NCBI GenBank assembly: GCA_018671515.1
Contig: JABHHN010000062.1
Coordinates: 13,746-77,745, forward strand
Source: an archaeon
GTDB lineage: Archaea; Nanobdellota; Nanobdellia; Woesearchaeales; GW2011-AR15
DNA: 64,000 nt
Direction: 5' to 3'
Shown here: one piece after another, positions 47,404-57,621 of the stretch
Numbering within the stretch: the first letter of the stretch is position 1
Layout: each line of letters starts with the position of its first letter
Notes under the pieces: generated by a model
What the model was told of the DNA's origin: nothing
Databases searched by the model: none
The model's input: the letters and a program-made list of their open reading frames with translations, nothing else
Program-made: the position numbers and the translations under genes

Positions 47404-48675
47404 ATGCTCGATATTAAACTCATTAGAGAAAATCCAGAAATTATAAAGAAAGATCTTGAAAAAAGAGATAAATTAGATTTAATCAAAAAAGTAGATGAAA
47501 TAAGAGAATTAGACATCCTTTGGAGAGAAAACTTGCAGAAAGTTGAAAAATTAAAACATCAAAGAAATGTTTTATCTCGTGAAGTTGCACAATTAAAAAA
47601 GGCAGGAAAAGATGCAACTGAAAAATTAAATCTAGTAAAAGAGATTCCAAAAAAGATTGTAGATGTAGAAGAAAAAACTGATTCAATACAAGTAAAAATT
47701 AAAAAAATCATGTTCCAACTTCCAAACATATTACATGATACAGTTCCAGTAGGCGCTGATGATACACAAAATGTATCTGTTAAAAAATGGGGAAAACCTA
47801 GAAAAGACAAGACAATTAGTCATGTTGATCTATTAGAAAAATGGGATGTTGGAGATACTGCACGTGGTGCAAAAACAAGTGGTTCAAGATTCTATTTCTT
47901 AAAAAATGAATTAGTAATGCTTGATATGGCACTACAGAAATTTGGTATGGATCATATGATGAACAAAGGATTGATACCTATGATTCCTCCATATATGTTA
48001 AGAAGAGAAGCGTATGATGCTATGACTTCAATGGATGATTTTGAAGAAGTCATCTATAAAATTGAAGATGAAGATTTATACTTAATTGCAACATCTGAAC
48101 ATCCAATTGGTGCTTATCATATGAATGAAACAATTGAAAAAAAAGATCTGCCGTTAAAGTACGCAGGTATATCTCCTTGTTTTAGAAAAGAAGCAGGAAG
48201 CCATGGAAAAGATACAAAAGGAATCTTTAGAGTTCATCAATTCCACAAAATTGAACAATTTGCTTTTTCCATGCCTGAAGACTCATGGAAGATACATGAA
48301 GAACTTCTTGCAAATGCAGAAGAATTATTCCAAAAACTTGAAATCCCATATCAAATAGTAAATGTATGTACTGGTGACATGGGTTCAATTGCAGCAAAGA
48401 AATATGATCTTGAAGTATGGATGCCTGCACAACAAAAATACAGAGAAGCAGTATCAAATAGTAATTGTACTGATTACCAGGCAAGAAGACTAAATACCAA
48501 ATATCTTGATGGAAGCAAAAGAGATTATGTCCACACATTAAATAGTACAGCATTTGCTACATCACGTGTCATTGTTGCAATAATGGAGAACTTCCAGGAT
48601 GAAGATGGAGTAATTAGTATACCAGAAGCATTATGGCCATATATGAACGGGATAAAGAGTATTGGTAAGAAGTAG
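47404..48675 (+). CDS. serS: Seryl-tRNA synthetase
   Basis: N-terminal coiled-coil arm. Class II motif 2 (FRKEAGSHGKDTKGIFRVHQFHKIE) and motif 3 (TAFATSRVIVAIMEN). AGGTGA lies 5 nt upstream of the ATG. Confidence 0.9.
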   Translation: MLDIKLIRENPEIIKKDLEKRDKLDLIKKVDEIRELDILWRENLQKVEKLKHQRNVLSREVAQLKKAGKDATEKLNLVKEIPKKIVDVEEKTDSIQVKIKKIMFQLPNILHDTVPVGADDTQNVSVKKWGKPRKDKTISHVDLLEKWDVGDTARGAKTSGSRFYFLKNELVMLDMALQKFGMDHMMNKGLIPMIPPYMLRREAYDAMTSMDDFEEVIYKIEDEDLYLIATSEHPIGAYHMNETIEKKDLPLKYAGISPCFRKEAGSHGKDTKGIFRVHQFHKIEQFAFSMPEDSWKIHEELLANAEELFQKLEIPYQIVNVCTGDMGSIAAKKYDLEVWMPAQQKYREAVSNSNCTDYQARRLNTKYLDGSKRDYVHTLNSTAFATSRVIVAIMENFQDEDGVISIPEALWPYMNGIKSIGKK

Positions 48676-48849
48676 AGTTTTTTTATTTTAATTTATTTAT
48701 TTTATACTTAAATTTTTAGAAGTTGATAATAAATTTATCTTGAAGTATGTAAGTGTAGAGGGATTTGGGATAATGGGTGCTATCTACAATATTACTAAGA
48801 GAAATTAACTAATAGAAAATATTATAAACAATTAAAAAAATTTAATATT

Positions 48850-50187
48850 ATGTTTAAGAAAAGGTATCAACAAACATTCTTAATTGGATTACTAATATTA
48901 CTCTTGTCTTCCACTGTTTTTGCTATGGACGTGCCATTTGAGGTTGTGAAAACAAAAGTTGTGGCAGAAACTACTGTTATTGCAGGCGGCGAATCAATGG
49001 TTAAAGACGGAATTCTTGTTGATTTTCCTGAAGTACCTAGTAAAGACGGATATGACCCTAGAGTTAGAATTCCTACAGAGGGTGTTAATTATAAACTTGA
49101 GTTTTGGAATGTTGGAAAAATGGGTGGTTCAAAATGGTCTATTTTTAAGTCAGGTTATGAAAAAGCAAAACTAACTATTACTTATGAAACAGGACAAGCA
49201 TATAAGTTACAAGGCACAGGAGAGAAATTTATGGATATGGAATCAGTAGAGAGTGTTGATGTAAGAACTCCTAATTTTGAAGACACTTTAAGCTATGATA
49301 TCTGGTTTACTGGAGGTCCTTATGGGAAATTCTTTCACACAGATAAAAACGGAAAAACTATACAGATTGCATATATTGAAAACGGAGAATATATCCACTT
49401 TACAAATATTCCAGAAAAAAAACATCTTCTGTATTATAATAATGCACTTATACAAATAGAAGATAGCTCAGCCTTTGAAAAATGGTTAGAAATTCTAAAT
49501 CAACAACCTGGTTGTATTGATCCTAGTGACCCTAAAACAGATAGTGGGTGGAGATTTACTGATTATGAAGGGGAAGTTATGGTTCGTCCTTGTGACGATG
49601 AAGATGCTTGGTATGGTGCAGAATTGGATATGGTATTACACAGAAGCGACCATATTAAAAATGGTGAGGATAGTACCTGCAGTATAATGTCAACTGATAT
49701 GTTTCTTTTTATTATGAATAAACCAGAATCTGAAATCATTTTAACCTATTCTGAACAAGAAAGTAATGCACACGTAATTTGGGGAAAAATAAAGGTTAAT
49801 GTTAAACGAATGTTAAAAGATGGAACAATGGATGTTGAGATGTCTCAAGCGGTTGCAGGAATTAAAGGCACTATTTTTGTTGTTGAAGAAACAGGAACCG
49901 AATCAACCCTCAAAGTTATTGAGGGAGAAGTCGAATTTACAAGTAAATCAAATGGAAAGTCTGAAATGGTTGGTGCTGGTGAAATGATAACTGCAACAAA
50001 GAAAGGTTTAGAAAAAAAGAAAAAATTTGATATTGCTAAAGAAAACGCTACTTGGGAAAGCAACGAAGCAATGATTAAAGATATTAAAAACAAAAATAAT
50101 TCAAAAGGTTCATTCTTTTTTCTAGTGATAATTTTATTTGGAGTTATTGGTGTAGGTTCATTTTATTTTAAAAAGCAAAAAAAATAG
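48850..50187 (+). CDS. Hypothetical surface protein (signal peptide plus C-terminal TM anchor)
   Basis: N-terminal signal LIGLLILLLSSTVFA. C-terminal anchor FFFLVIILFGVIGVGSFYF followed by KKQKK. Confidence 0.45.
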   Translation: MFKKRYQQTFLIGLLILLLSSTVFAMDVPFEVVKTKVVAETTVIAGGESMVKDGILVDFPEVPSKDGYDPRVRIPTEGVNYKLEFWNVGKMGGSKWSIFKSGYEKAKLTITYETGQAYKLQGTGEKFMDMESVESVDVRTPNFEDTLSYDIWFTGGPYGKFFHTDKNGKTIQIAYIENGEYIHFTNIPEKKHLLYYNNALIQIEDSSAFEKWLEILNQQPGCIDPSDPKTDSGWRFTDYEGEVMVRPCDDEDAWYGAELDMVLHRSDHIKNGEDSTCSIMSTDMFLFIMNKPESEIILTYSEQESNAHVIWGKIKVNVKRMLKDGTMDVEMSQAVAGIKGTIFVVEETGTESTLKVIEGEVEFTSKSNGKSEMVGAGEMITATKKGLEKKKKFDIAKENATWESNEAMIKDIKNKNNSKGSFFFLVIILFGVIGVGSFYFKKQKK

Positions 50188-50436
50188 AATTTATACGAAA
50201 TATACGAAAGTTTACAGATGAATAAAAACGAAAAACATTTTTTAAACTGAATATTCTGAATTTAATTTTTTCATCTTTTCTCCCTCCAAGTAATTGGATT
50301 ATTTATTTTAACTTTTGGAGGTCAAAAGTGGAAACTTCATGTTAAACAGAAGTAGAATTAGTATTATTCCGATGTGAGATTCAATTTAATATTTGAAAAC
50401 AAATAATTTATAATCACCTAAATTCTCATTTTATAT

Positions 50437-50883
50437 ATGCGTATTAGAAAATTTAAAAAAGAAGATGCAAGAAAGGTTTCTAATCTAATTAGGAAATGTC
50501 TTGTTGAAGTAAATAGCAAAGATTATGAAAAAAAAGTTATTAATTTTTTATATAATTTAAATACTCCATCCCATATAATTTCTAGATCTAAAGAAAGAAT
50601 TATATTAGTTGCTGTAGATAAAAAAACAATTCTAGGAACTGTAAGTTTAAATGGAAATATTATTCAGTCAGTATTTGTAAACCCAAAATTTCATGGAAGA
50701 AAAATAGGAACACAATTAATGGACAAAATTGAAAATGTGGCTAAAAAAAATGGATGCAATTTTGTTAAATTACCTTCAAGTTTTACAGCATTTGAATTCT
50801 ATAAGAAATTAGGATATATAAAAATTAAAATGCTTCATTCTGATGAGTATGGAGATACTATTGAAATGAAAAAGAGGTTATAA
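50437..50883 (+). CDS. GNAT family N-acetyltransferase
   Basis: Motif A QSVFVNPKFHGRKIGTQLM (acetyl-CoA binding Q/RxxGxG/A). Confidence 0.65.
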   Translation: MRIRKFKKEDARKVSNLIRKCLVEVNSKDYEKKVINFLYNLNTPSHIISRSKERIILVAVDKKTILGTVSLNGNIIQSVFVNPKFHGRKIGTQLMDKIENVAKKNGCNFVKLPSSFTAFEFYKKLGYIKIKMLHSDEYGDTIEMKKRL

Positions 50884-50975
50884 ATTTTTTAAAATTTATA
50901 ATATCAACAAAAATAAACTAAATTATAAACTAGAAAACAATAAATTTATAATCACAATTTTAAATAATTTAAAAA

Positions 50976-51308
50976 ATGACAAAAAATAAAGATTTTATTA
51001 GAGAATTGATTACTCTAGGATTAACTTTTCTTTCTGTTATTTTATTTTGGAGAAATGATTTCTTGATTTTCTTTATACTAATCTCAATTTATGCAGTTAG
51101 ATCATTTTTTTGGCATAAATCAAGTGACCATATTCTTTTTTTAGTTTCTATATTAATTGGTTTTACAATGGAGTTTTCTTTTACTACAGCTGGACTTTAT
51201 AAATTTGTCAAGCCAACATTATTTAAAATACCTTTTTGGATTCCATTATCATGGGGTTTAAGTTTACTTCTTTTTTTTAGAATTACTCAGTATTTTATAA
51301 AAAAATAA
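50976..51308 (+). CDS. Hypothetical small membrane protein
   Basis: 110 aa, 3-4 TM helices. Confidence 0.4.
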   Translation: MTKNKDFIRELITLGLTFLSVILFWRNDFLIFFILISIYAVRSFFWHKSSDHILFLVSILIGFTMEFSFTTAGLYKFVKPTLFKIPFWIPLSWGLSLLLFFRITQYFIKK

Positions 51309-51336
51309 AAACGATTATTAACTCTTCCAAATATAT

Positions 51337-51696
51337 TTAATCCGACAATGCATCTCTATCTAATTTACTCTTTGATTTATGGCACTCTTTACAAAGTGTT
51401 CTAAGATTAGCTTTTTCAAATAATTTACCACCCATTTGGATTGGAATTATATGATCAACTTCAAGCCCTGCTTTTCTAAATCGTTTTTTACAAATACTAC
51501 ATCTGTATTTATCTCTTCTTAAAACATCTTTTCTAACCCAAAACCATGAATTATTCCTATTGAATTCATCCATGCATATTTTAGAACAATAATGACGTCG
51601 TCCTTCTCCAATTAGATTATCGCAATTCCTACAAAGTTTATCTCCTAAACTATCAAATTTGTCAGGCGTGTCAGATATTCTTGGATAACGTGGCAT
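51337..51696 (-). CDS. HNH endonuclease
   Basis: Zn ribbon CRNC...CSKIC. HNH core CSICKKRF...LEVDHIIPIQMGG...NLRTLCKECH. Confidence 0.65.
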   Translation of the reverse strand: MPRYPRISDTPDKFDSLGDKLCRNCDNLIGEGRRHYCSKICMDEFNRNNSWFWVRKDVLRRDKYRCSICKKRFRKAGLEVDHIIPIQMGGKLFEKANLRTLCKECHKSKSKLDRDALSD

Positions 51697-51763
51697 AGTA
51701 ATTCTAATATTTGAATCTTTTAAAACAATTTTTATTTTTGTAGTTAATTTTTTATTATTTAAT

Positions 51764-51870
51764 TTGTTTTATAATTAAAATCCACGATTTTGTGGATTTT
51801 CAACTCGCAAAGTCAAATTGGTCTAGTTCATATCCACAAACTCAAGTATATGATATTAGCCTAGACTTTA
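51764..51870 (-). repeat. Intergenic hairpin-rich repeat element, copy B (family 1)
   Basis: The reverse complement taaagtctaggctaatatcatatacttgag...ccaatttgactttgcgagttgaaaatccacaaaatcgtggatttt aligns to 3600..3748 at ~80% identity. It lacks the 49-bp insert of copy A. Confidence 0.5.
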
Positions 51871-51883
51871 CAATAATTAAAAA

Positions 51884-52438
51884 ATGAAAAATGCATTTAT
51901 AATACATGGAACTGAAGGTTATCCCGAAGAAAACTGGTTTCCATGGCTAAAAGAAAAATTAGAAGCAAATAATTACAAAGTATTTATTCCTCAATTTCCA
52001 ACTCCTAAAAATCAAGACCCTGAACACTGGTTTGAAGTTTTTAATGAATATGAAAAATATCTTGATAATGAAACTATAATTGTTGCACATAGTGGTGGGT
52101 GTGCTTTTTTATTAAGACTTTTGGAAAAAATTAAAATTAAAATCAATATAGCTGTTTTTGTTGCACCACCTGTAGGTGTAATGCCTATAAAATATATAAA
52201 AGCAGATTGGCCATTTATTAAAGATCCTATTGATTGGAAAAAGATAAAAAGTAATTCAAATAATTTTTTAGTTTTTCACTCAGTTGACGATCCATTCATA
52301 TGCATTGAAAATGGTGAAAAAGTTGCAGAAGAATTAGGAACAAATTTAATTAGATTAGAAGATGCAGGACATTTCAATAAAAAATCAGGTTATCTTAAAT
52401 TTGACCTTCTTTTAGAAAAATTAAAACCAAATCTTTAA
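51884..52438 (+). CDS. RBBP9/YdeN-like serine hydrolase (alpha/beta fold)
   Basis: FIIHGTEGYPEENWFPWLK. Nucleophile elbow VAHSGG. Acid/His in the C-terminal part. ~180 aa, typical of the Ser_hydrolase family. Confidence 0.6.
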   Translation: MKNAFIIHGTEGYPEENWFPWLKEKLEANNYKVFIPQFPTPKNQDPEHWFEVFNEYEKYLDNETIIVAHSGGCAFLLRLLEKIKIKINIAVFVAPPVGVMPIKYIKADWPFIKDPIDWKKIKSNSNNFLVFHSVDDPFICIENGEKVAEELGTNLIRLEDAGHFNKKSGYLKFDLLLEKLKPNL

Positions 52439-52511
52439 CAAAATTATTTTTATCAAAACAAAAACAATTATAAAACATAAAAACAATCATAATTCACAGG
52501 GTGATTTATTT

Positions 52512-53045
52512 ATGGACAATTCAAATATTCTAAAATTAAAATCATTGATGAGAAACGTACCTGATTATCCTATACCTGGAATTAATTTCTTTGATATTAC
52601 TACAATCTTAAAAGATTCAGTTGGTCTTAAATTATCAATTAATGAAATGTATGAATCAATCAAAGATATGAAAATTGATAAGGTTGCAGGAACTGAAAGC
52701 AGAGGTTTTATTTTTGGAGTCCCATTAGCATTAAAATTAGGAGTTGGTTTCATTCCAATAAGAAAACCTGGAAAACTTCCGGCAGAAACAATATCCAAAG
52801 AATATTCACTTGAATATGGAACAAATAAAATTGAAATTCATAAAGATGCAGTAAGTCCAGGAGAAAATATTCTTTTAGTTGATGATTTGATTGCTACAGG
52901 TGGAACTGCAAAAGCATCTGTTGATTTAATAAAAGAATTAGGTGGTAATGTTCCTGCATTTCTATCCTTAGTTGAACTTAAATTCCTTAATGGAAGAGAA
53001 TTATTAGAAGAAATTAAAGTAATATCTATTTTAAAATATAATTAA
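52512..53045 (+). CDS. apt: Adenine phosphoribosyltransferase
   Basis: PRPP-binding loop LLVDDLIATGGTAKA. The N-terminal hood YPIPGINFFDIT is typical of APRT. Confidence 0.8.
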   Translation: MDNSNILKLKSLMRNVPDYPIPGINFFDITTILKDSVGLKLSINEMYESIKDMKIDKVAGTESRGFIFGVPLALKLGVGFIPIRKPGKLPAETISKEYSLEYGTNKIEIHKDAVSPGENILLVDDLIATGGTAKASVDLIKELGGNVPAFLSLVELKFLNGRELLEEIKVISILKYN

Positions 53046-53049
53046 AAAA

Positions 53050-54132
53050 ATGCTGAAATATAATAAACTAAAATGGAGCGAACTCTTTGAAAAAATAAGC
53101 CCTATTATTTTAAATCCTAAAAAATCTTCCATAACAATTAGTTTATCAAAAAGATTTATTTTATTTGATTTTTTAAATAAAATTACAAAAAACATTGAAG
53201 ATGATCCACATTTGAATTATCTTTCAATACTTAAGTATTACAAAGTTCTAGGCAACCTATTGACTGGCTCAATACATGAACTTCATCGTGATAGGAATAA
53301 AAAATATTTCAAGGATTTTTTTATTGATAATGATCTTTATATTTTAGTCAAAACAGATTTAGAAAGAGTTTATAAGATAAATAATAAATTAAATTTAACA
53401 ATTACAAAAAGAGGAATTATCATATATGATAATTATAAAATTAATGATTTTAACATGCTTCTACTTACTACACATTCAGGAACATGGGTACCTGAAAATA
53501 TTAAAAATAAACAATTAATATCCAATGAAACTAGATTTCTTGAAGAAGATATTGCAATAGACAGAATATATAGTGATTTAGTTTTAAAAAAATCTGGTAT
53601 TTGGATAGATAATAAAATGTCAAGGTTTGCTTGTGATTATAACAGAACTCCAAAGAGAGCAATCTATAATGATCATTCTGAAAGCTGGATAAAAAAATTA
53701 TGGAAAACAGATCTTACAAAAAATGAAAAACAACGTTTAATGAAAGGATACGAAGAATTCTATTTTATTCTAGAACAATTGATTGTAACATACAAATTCA
53801 ACATAATATTTGATGGTCATTCTATGAGAGATGCAAAAGGAAGACCAGATGTAAGTTTTGGTGTAAAGTTTGTTCCTGATTTTTATATGCCTATAATCCA
53901 TCATTTAAAAACCGAATTTGCAGATAAACAATGCTTCTGTGATGTTGAATTAAATGCACCATATAGTGGAGGTCATATTTTAGAAAGAATACATAGAAAA
54001 CATCCAAATGTATTTACAAGTTCTCTTGAAATTAATAAAAGACTTTACATGTCTAAAAACAGAAAAAAAGTCAAAGAAGATAAAATATTAGATTTGTCTG
54101 AAAAAATATTTAAAATATTTGGAAATTTTTAA
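53050..54132 (+). CDS. N-formylglutamate amidohydrolase (FGase) family zinc hydrolase
   Basis: THSGTWVPE, SRFACDYNRTP and FDGHSM match the conserved H...D-x-N-R...H-S-M blocks of PF05013. Confidence 0.5.
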   Translation: MLKYNKLKWSELFEKISPIILNPKKSSITISLSKRFILFDFLNKITKNIEDDPHLNYLSILKYYKVLGNLLTGSIHELHRDRNKKYFKDFFIDNDLYILVKTDLERVYKINNKLNLTITKRGIIIYDNYKINDFNMLLLTTHSGTWVPENIKNKQLISNETRFLEEDIAIDRIYSDLVLKKSGIWIDNKMSRFACDYNRTPKRAIYNDHSESWIKKLWKTDLTKNEKQRLMKGYEEFYFILEQLIVTYKFNIIFDGHSMRDAKGRPDVSFGVKFVPDFYMPIIHHLKTEFADKQCFCDVELNAPYSGGHILERIHRKHPNVFTSSLEINKRLYMSKNRKKVKEDKILDLSEKIFKIFGNF

Positions 54133-54137
54133 AATTT

Positions 54138-54836
54138 TTATTTCCTATAGAATTCAAGTGCTTTAACAAAATCATTTTTTGAATACAAATCAAATGATTT
54201 TTCTAAAAACAATATTTTTGCACCTACACTATCCCACATGAATGTTCCTGTAAATGTTTTTCCAAATTCAACAATCATATCTGCAGGAAGAAAATATGAA
54301 CTATAAATATTTTCCTTTACTTTTTCTACATCTACTGCAAATTCATCTTCTTTGTTAAGTTCAATTTTTTTCACCATGACTTTACATGCATCTGCTATTT
54401 CCTGATATGGGTCATACCCAATACAAATATTTAGAAAAAAATCATTATATTCTTTTGTCTCAAGTGTTATCTTTTTCATATAATCAACAATGTAACCTGT
54501 AATACCTGTCCACTTACCAATTACAAGAACTCTAATTTTTTTTTCTTTTGCAATAATTGGTAAATAATCATCAAAGAGATGCATGTGACCTGTGTCAGTT
54601 AATAAATCTGCTTTTTTACCAAGATTCAATGTTAAAATTGGAATATTATATTCAATTTGTGATTCAATAATTTGTTTTATACTTTCAAGTCTTTTATTAT
54701 TGACTTCTTTTTTTTTCTCTTTTTCTTCAAATTTTTCCTGTTCTGGAATATTAATTATAACATGTTTTGGAAGATTTTCTGCCTTAAAATCAGGTCTTTT
54801 CATAATCATTTCTTGTATTTTTTTTACATCTAACAT
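54138..54836 (-). CDS. Divergent cis-prenyltransferase (UPP synthase)-like protein
   Basis: Overall layout and C-terminal ...FLPADMIVEFGKTF...MWDSVGAKILFLEKSFDLY resemble the UPPS fold. The canonical DGNRRWA motif is absent. Confidence 0.3.
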   Translation of the reverse strand: MLDVKKIQEMIMKRPDFKAENLPKHVIINIPEQEKFEEKEKKKEVNNKRLESIKQIIESQIEYNIPILTLNLGKKADLLTDTGHMHLFDDYLPIIAKEKKIRVLVIGKWTGITGYIVDYMKKITLETKEYNDFFLNICIGYDPYQEIADACKVMVKKIELNKEDEFAVDVEKVKENIYSSYFLPADMIVEFGKTFTGTFMWDSVGAKILFLEKSFDLYSKNDFVKALEFYRK

Positions 54837-54914
54837 AGATTTAGAAAAATTTACTAGATTTATAAAGATTGTTTCTAATATGTTTATATATTAGATACTT
54901 TTTACTCATGTAAA

Positions 54915-55340
54915 ATGAGCGATATATCAGATACTGTGTTAGTTATTGAAGATGAGCCAGATATTGTAATGTTTATGAAAAGAGTTTTAGAGTCTAAAGG
55001 ATATACGGTTGAAACTGCTAAAAATTATCAACAAGCAATGGATGCTTTAGATGGTAATGCAAACCCTAATGAAAGTGGAAATTATAGTGGACTATCAAAA
55101 TATGGATATATTTTTACTGATAACCAATTACCTGGTGGGTCTGGGATTGATATAGTTAAAAAAATTAGAGGTCCTAATTATAACACCATAAACCCTAATA
55201 TAAAAATAATATTTATGTCCGCTGATATTTCAGGTACTACTAAAAGTGAGTTAGAAGGTAAAGTAGACTTATATTTACCTAAACCTATAGATATGGATAT
55301 AATTTCAAGACCTAATCTAGAAAAACTTTACACAAAATAA
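54915..55340 (+). CDS. Stand-alone response-regulator receiver domain (CheY-like)
   Basis: VLVIEDEPDIVMF (acidic pocket), phospho-acceptor context YIFTDNQLPGGSG, and S/T plus K in the C-terminal half (IIFMSAD...LPKP). An ~18-aa Asn/Gly-rich insertion precedes the acceptor Asp. Confidence 0.65.
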   Translation: MSDISDTVLVIEDEPDIVMFMKRVLESKGYTVETAKNYQQAMDALDGNANPNESGNYSGLSKYGYIFTDNQLPGGSGIDIVKKIRGPNYNTINPNIKIIFMSADISGTTKSELEGKVDLYLPKPIDMDIISRPNLEKLYTK

Positions 55341-55418
55341 TTTCTATTCTTATTATTTTAATAATTGAAACATTAAAATATATATTTTTAAATTAATTTA
55401 TCATTCCCATTAAATAAG

Positions 55419-55826
55419 ATGGGAAAAAGTTTAGAAAAAATATTGTTAATTGAAGATGAAAATAGTATATTAATTACTATGAAATTTCAATTAGAAGAAG
55501 AAGGCTACCTAGTAGAAACTGCTAAAACATACAAAGATGCAGTAAAAGCAGTAAAAGGAGAAGGAAATTATAGTGGATTAAATGAATATAAATATATTAT
55601 TACTGACAATCAATTGCCTGATGGCTTGGGAATTAATCTAGTAAAAATGATTAGAGGGTCAGAAGATAAACAATATAATAACCAAGATGTTAAAATTATT
55701 GTTATGTCTGGAACAATGAAAGAGGATAATATTAAGCAAAAATTACAACATTATAATGTTAATTTATTTCTAGAAAAACCAACTCCACTATCATATTTCA
55801 CAAAAATCAATTTGGAAAAATTATAA
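55419..55826 (+). CDS. Stand-alone response-regulator receiver domain, tandem paralog
   Basis: ILLIEDENSILIT, YIITDNQLPDGLG, VMSGT...LEKP. Same insertion (GEGNYSGLNEYKY) as the upstream paralog. Confidence 0.65.
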   Translation: MGKSLEKILLIEDENSILITMKFQLEEEGYLVETAKTYKDAVKAVKGEGNYSGLNEYKYIITDNQLPDGLGINLVKMIRGSEDKQYNNQDVKIIVMSGTMKEDNIKQKLQHYNVNLFLEKPTPLSYFTKINLEKL

Positions 55827-55880
55827 TTAGAAAAATCTTAATACCAAACCTTTAAATAATTTAAAGAGATTAATCAAATC

Positions 55881-56756
55881 ATGCTTGAGATTATTTTTAT
55901 TATTGCTTTAGTTAGTTTAGTTATTGGTTCTATTTCAGACTTAAAGACATATGAAATACCTGATTGGTTAAACTTTTCTCTAATTGCAGTTGGAGTTGGA
56001 GTTAATGCAATCTATTCATTATCTACTCAAAATTATATATACATAATTGAATGCCTTGTTGGTCTTGCATTCTCAGTTGCACTAGCTTATCTAATGTTTT
56101 ATACTGGTCAATGGGGTGGAGGAGATAGTAAAATGATTATGGGCCTAGGTGCAATAATTGGTCTTCCATTTAAAATTACTTATATGTCATTTTTATCATA
56201 TTTTTACATAAATATTGCATTTATTGGAGCATTATATGGTTTCATATGGATTATTTCATATTTATTATTCAATCTAAAAAAAGTATTTAAAAGAACTAAA
56301 TTAAAACTAAAAAAGACTAAACTAGTAAGATATATTGTATATGGATTTACAATCATATCAATAGCTTTAGTTTATTTCATGCCCGAAAGTGCAATAGACC
56401 CAATCTTCAAATATTTTGCATATAGTATGATATTTTTTATATTTTCTACATTCTTCATATGGGTTGTAGTAAAATCAATTGAAGAAGTATGCATGATAAA
56501 AAAAGTTGCTCCTGAAAAACTTACAGAAGGAGACTGGATTGTAAAAGATATCAAAATTGATGGTAAAAGAATATGTGGTCCTAAGGATTTGGGAATTGAG
56601 AGAAAACAAATTGATCAATTAATCAAATTCAAAAAACAAAAAAAAATAACTTATGTCACAATAAAAAATGGAATACCATTTGTTCCTTCGTTTTTATTTG
56701 CATTTGTATATACAATTATTTTTAATAATATTATATTTCTCTCGATGATTGTATAA
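55881..56756 (+). CDS. A24-family type IV prepilin/preflagellin peptidase (FlaK/PibD-like) with C-terminal extension
   Basis: First catalytic Asp in SISDLKTYEIPD, second in QWGGGDSKMIMGLGA. Extra TM helices plus a soluble C-terminal domain, as in archaeal FlaK. Confidence 0.65.
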   Translation: MLEIIFIIALVSLVIGSISDLKTYEIPDWLNFSLIAVGVGVNAIYSLSTQNYIYIIECLVGLAFSVALAYLMFYTGQWGGGDSKMIMGLGAIIGLPFKITYMSFLSYFYINIAFIGALYGFIWIISYLLFNLKKVFKRTKLKLKKTKLVRYIVYGFTIISIALVYFMPESAIDPIFKYFAYSMIFFIFSTFFIWVVVKSIEEVCMIKKVAPEKLTEGDWIVKDIKIDGKRICGPKDLGIERKQIDQLIKFKKQKKITYVTIKNGIPFVPSFLFAFVYTIIFNNIIFLSMIV

Positions 56757-56793
56757 AATAAATTTATATATAACTTTCTAATCTTTCAAGCAA

Positions 56794-57597
56794 ATGGTAA
56801 GTGAAAGTTTTTTAGAGTATATTGTAAACTCTAAAGAATTAGTCTTTGATCATCATTCACATGAACATAAAGGCATCAGTGTAAAAATTGATGAAGAAAC
56901 ACATTATAAAGCCAAAGATGCGGTCTTTGGTTTATCTCAACATTTTAAAAATTACTTAAATGAATTCCTAAGTGATAGTGGAACTTGGGTTGTAAAAGAA
57001 CCAAATGATTTTTTAGATCATCCTGAAGTTGAAGAAGAAACTACTAAATATGTAATCAAAAATAATGCTTCTGGAAGTATTGATTTTATTGTTGAACTTG
57101 GAAAACATAATACAGTTCAAATTTATCATTCAAAAGAAGGAAATCATAATACCAAATTTCATGATTTCCATTATTTATTAAGAAATTATCTTGACATATT
57201 AGATATTGATTCTGCCTTTTACAAATCTGCAAAATCAGGTCATACTACAACATCAGAAAAAAGCCATATCTATTTTTTAAAATCTCCAGCATTTGAAGAT
57301 AAAAAACATATAGTAGATCACCTATCTATGAGAACGGATTCAGATTTAAATTATATAAAGTTTGATAAAAAATACTATCTTAAAGCAAATCCTGAAAGTA
57401 TAACATTTTTTGCAAATGCATTAACTAAAATTCAAACTCAAAATTTTATTCTAGACTCAAATTATTTAAAAAATGAAGACATAGAACAAGGTTTTAAAAA
57501 TAATCATATAAGCATAAATTACATTAAACCTGATGATAAAAAAAAAAATTTAAATAAAACTTCAGTTAGAGACTACTTAACTAATAGACATCTATAA
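56794..57597 (+). CDS. Hypothetical His-rich protein
   Basis: 267 aa, no TM. HHSHEHKG and several HxH pairs. Unknown family. Confidence 0.4.
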   Translation: MVSESFLEYIVNSKELVFDHHSHEHKGISVKIDEETHYKAKDAVFGLSQHFKNYLNEFLSDSGTWVVKEPNDFLDHPEVEEETTKYVIKNNASGSIDFIVELGKHNTVQIYHSKEGNHNTKFHDFHYLLRNYLDILDIDSAFYKSAKSGHTTTSEKSHIYFLKSPAFEDKKHIVDHLSMRTDSDLNYIKFDKKYYLKANPESITFFANALTKIQTQNFILDSNYLKNEDIEQGFKNNHISINYIKPDDKKKNLNKTSVRDYLTNRHL

Positions 57598-57621
57598 TTT
57601 TAATTAACAACAAAAATAATC

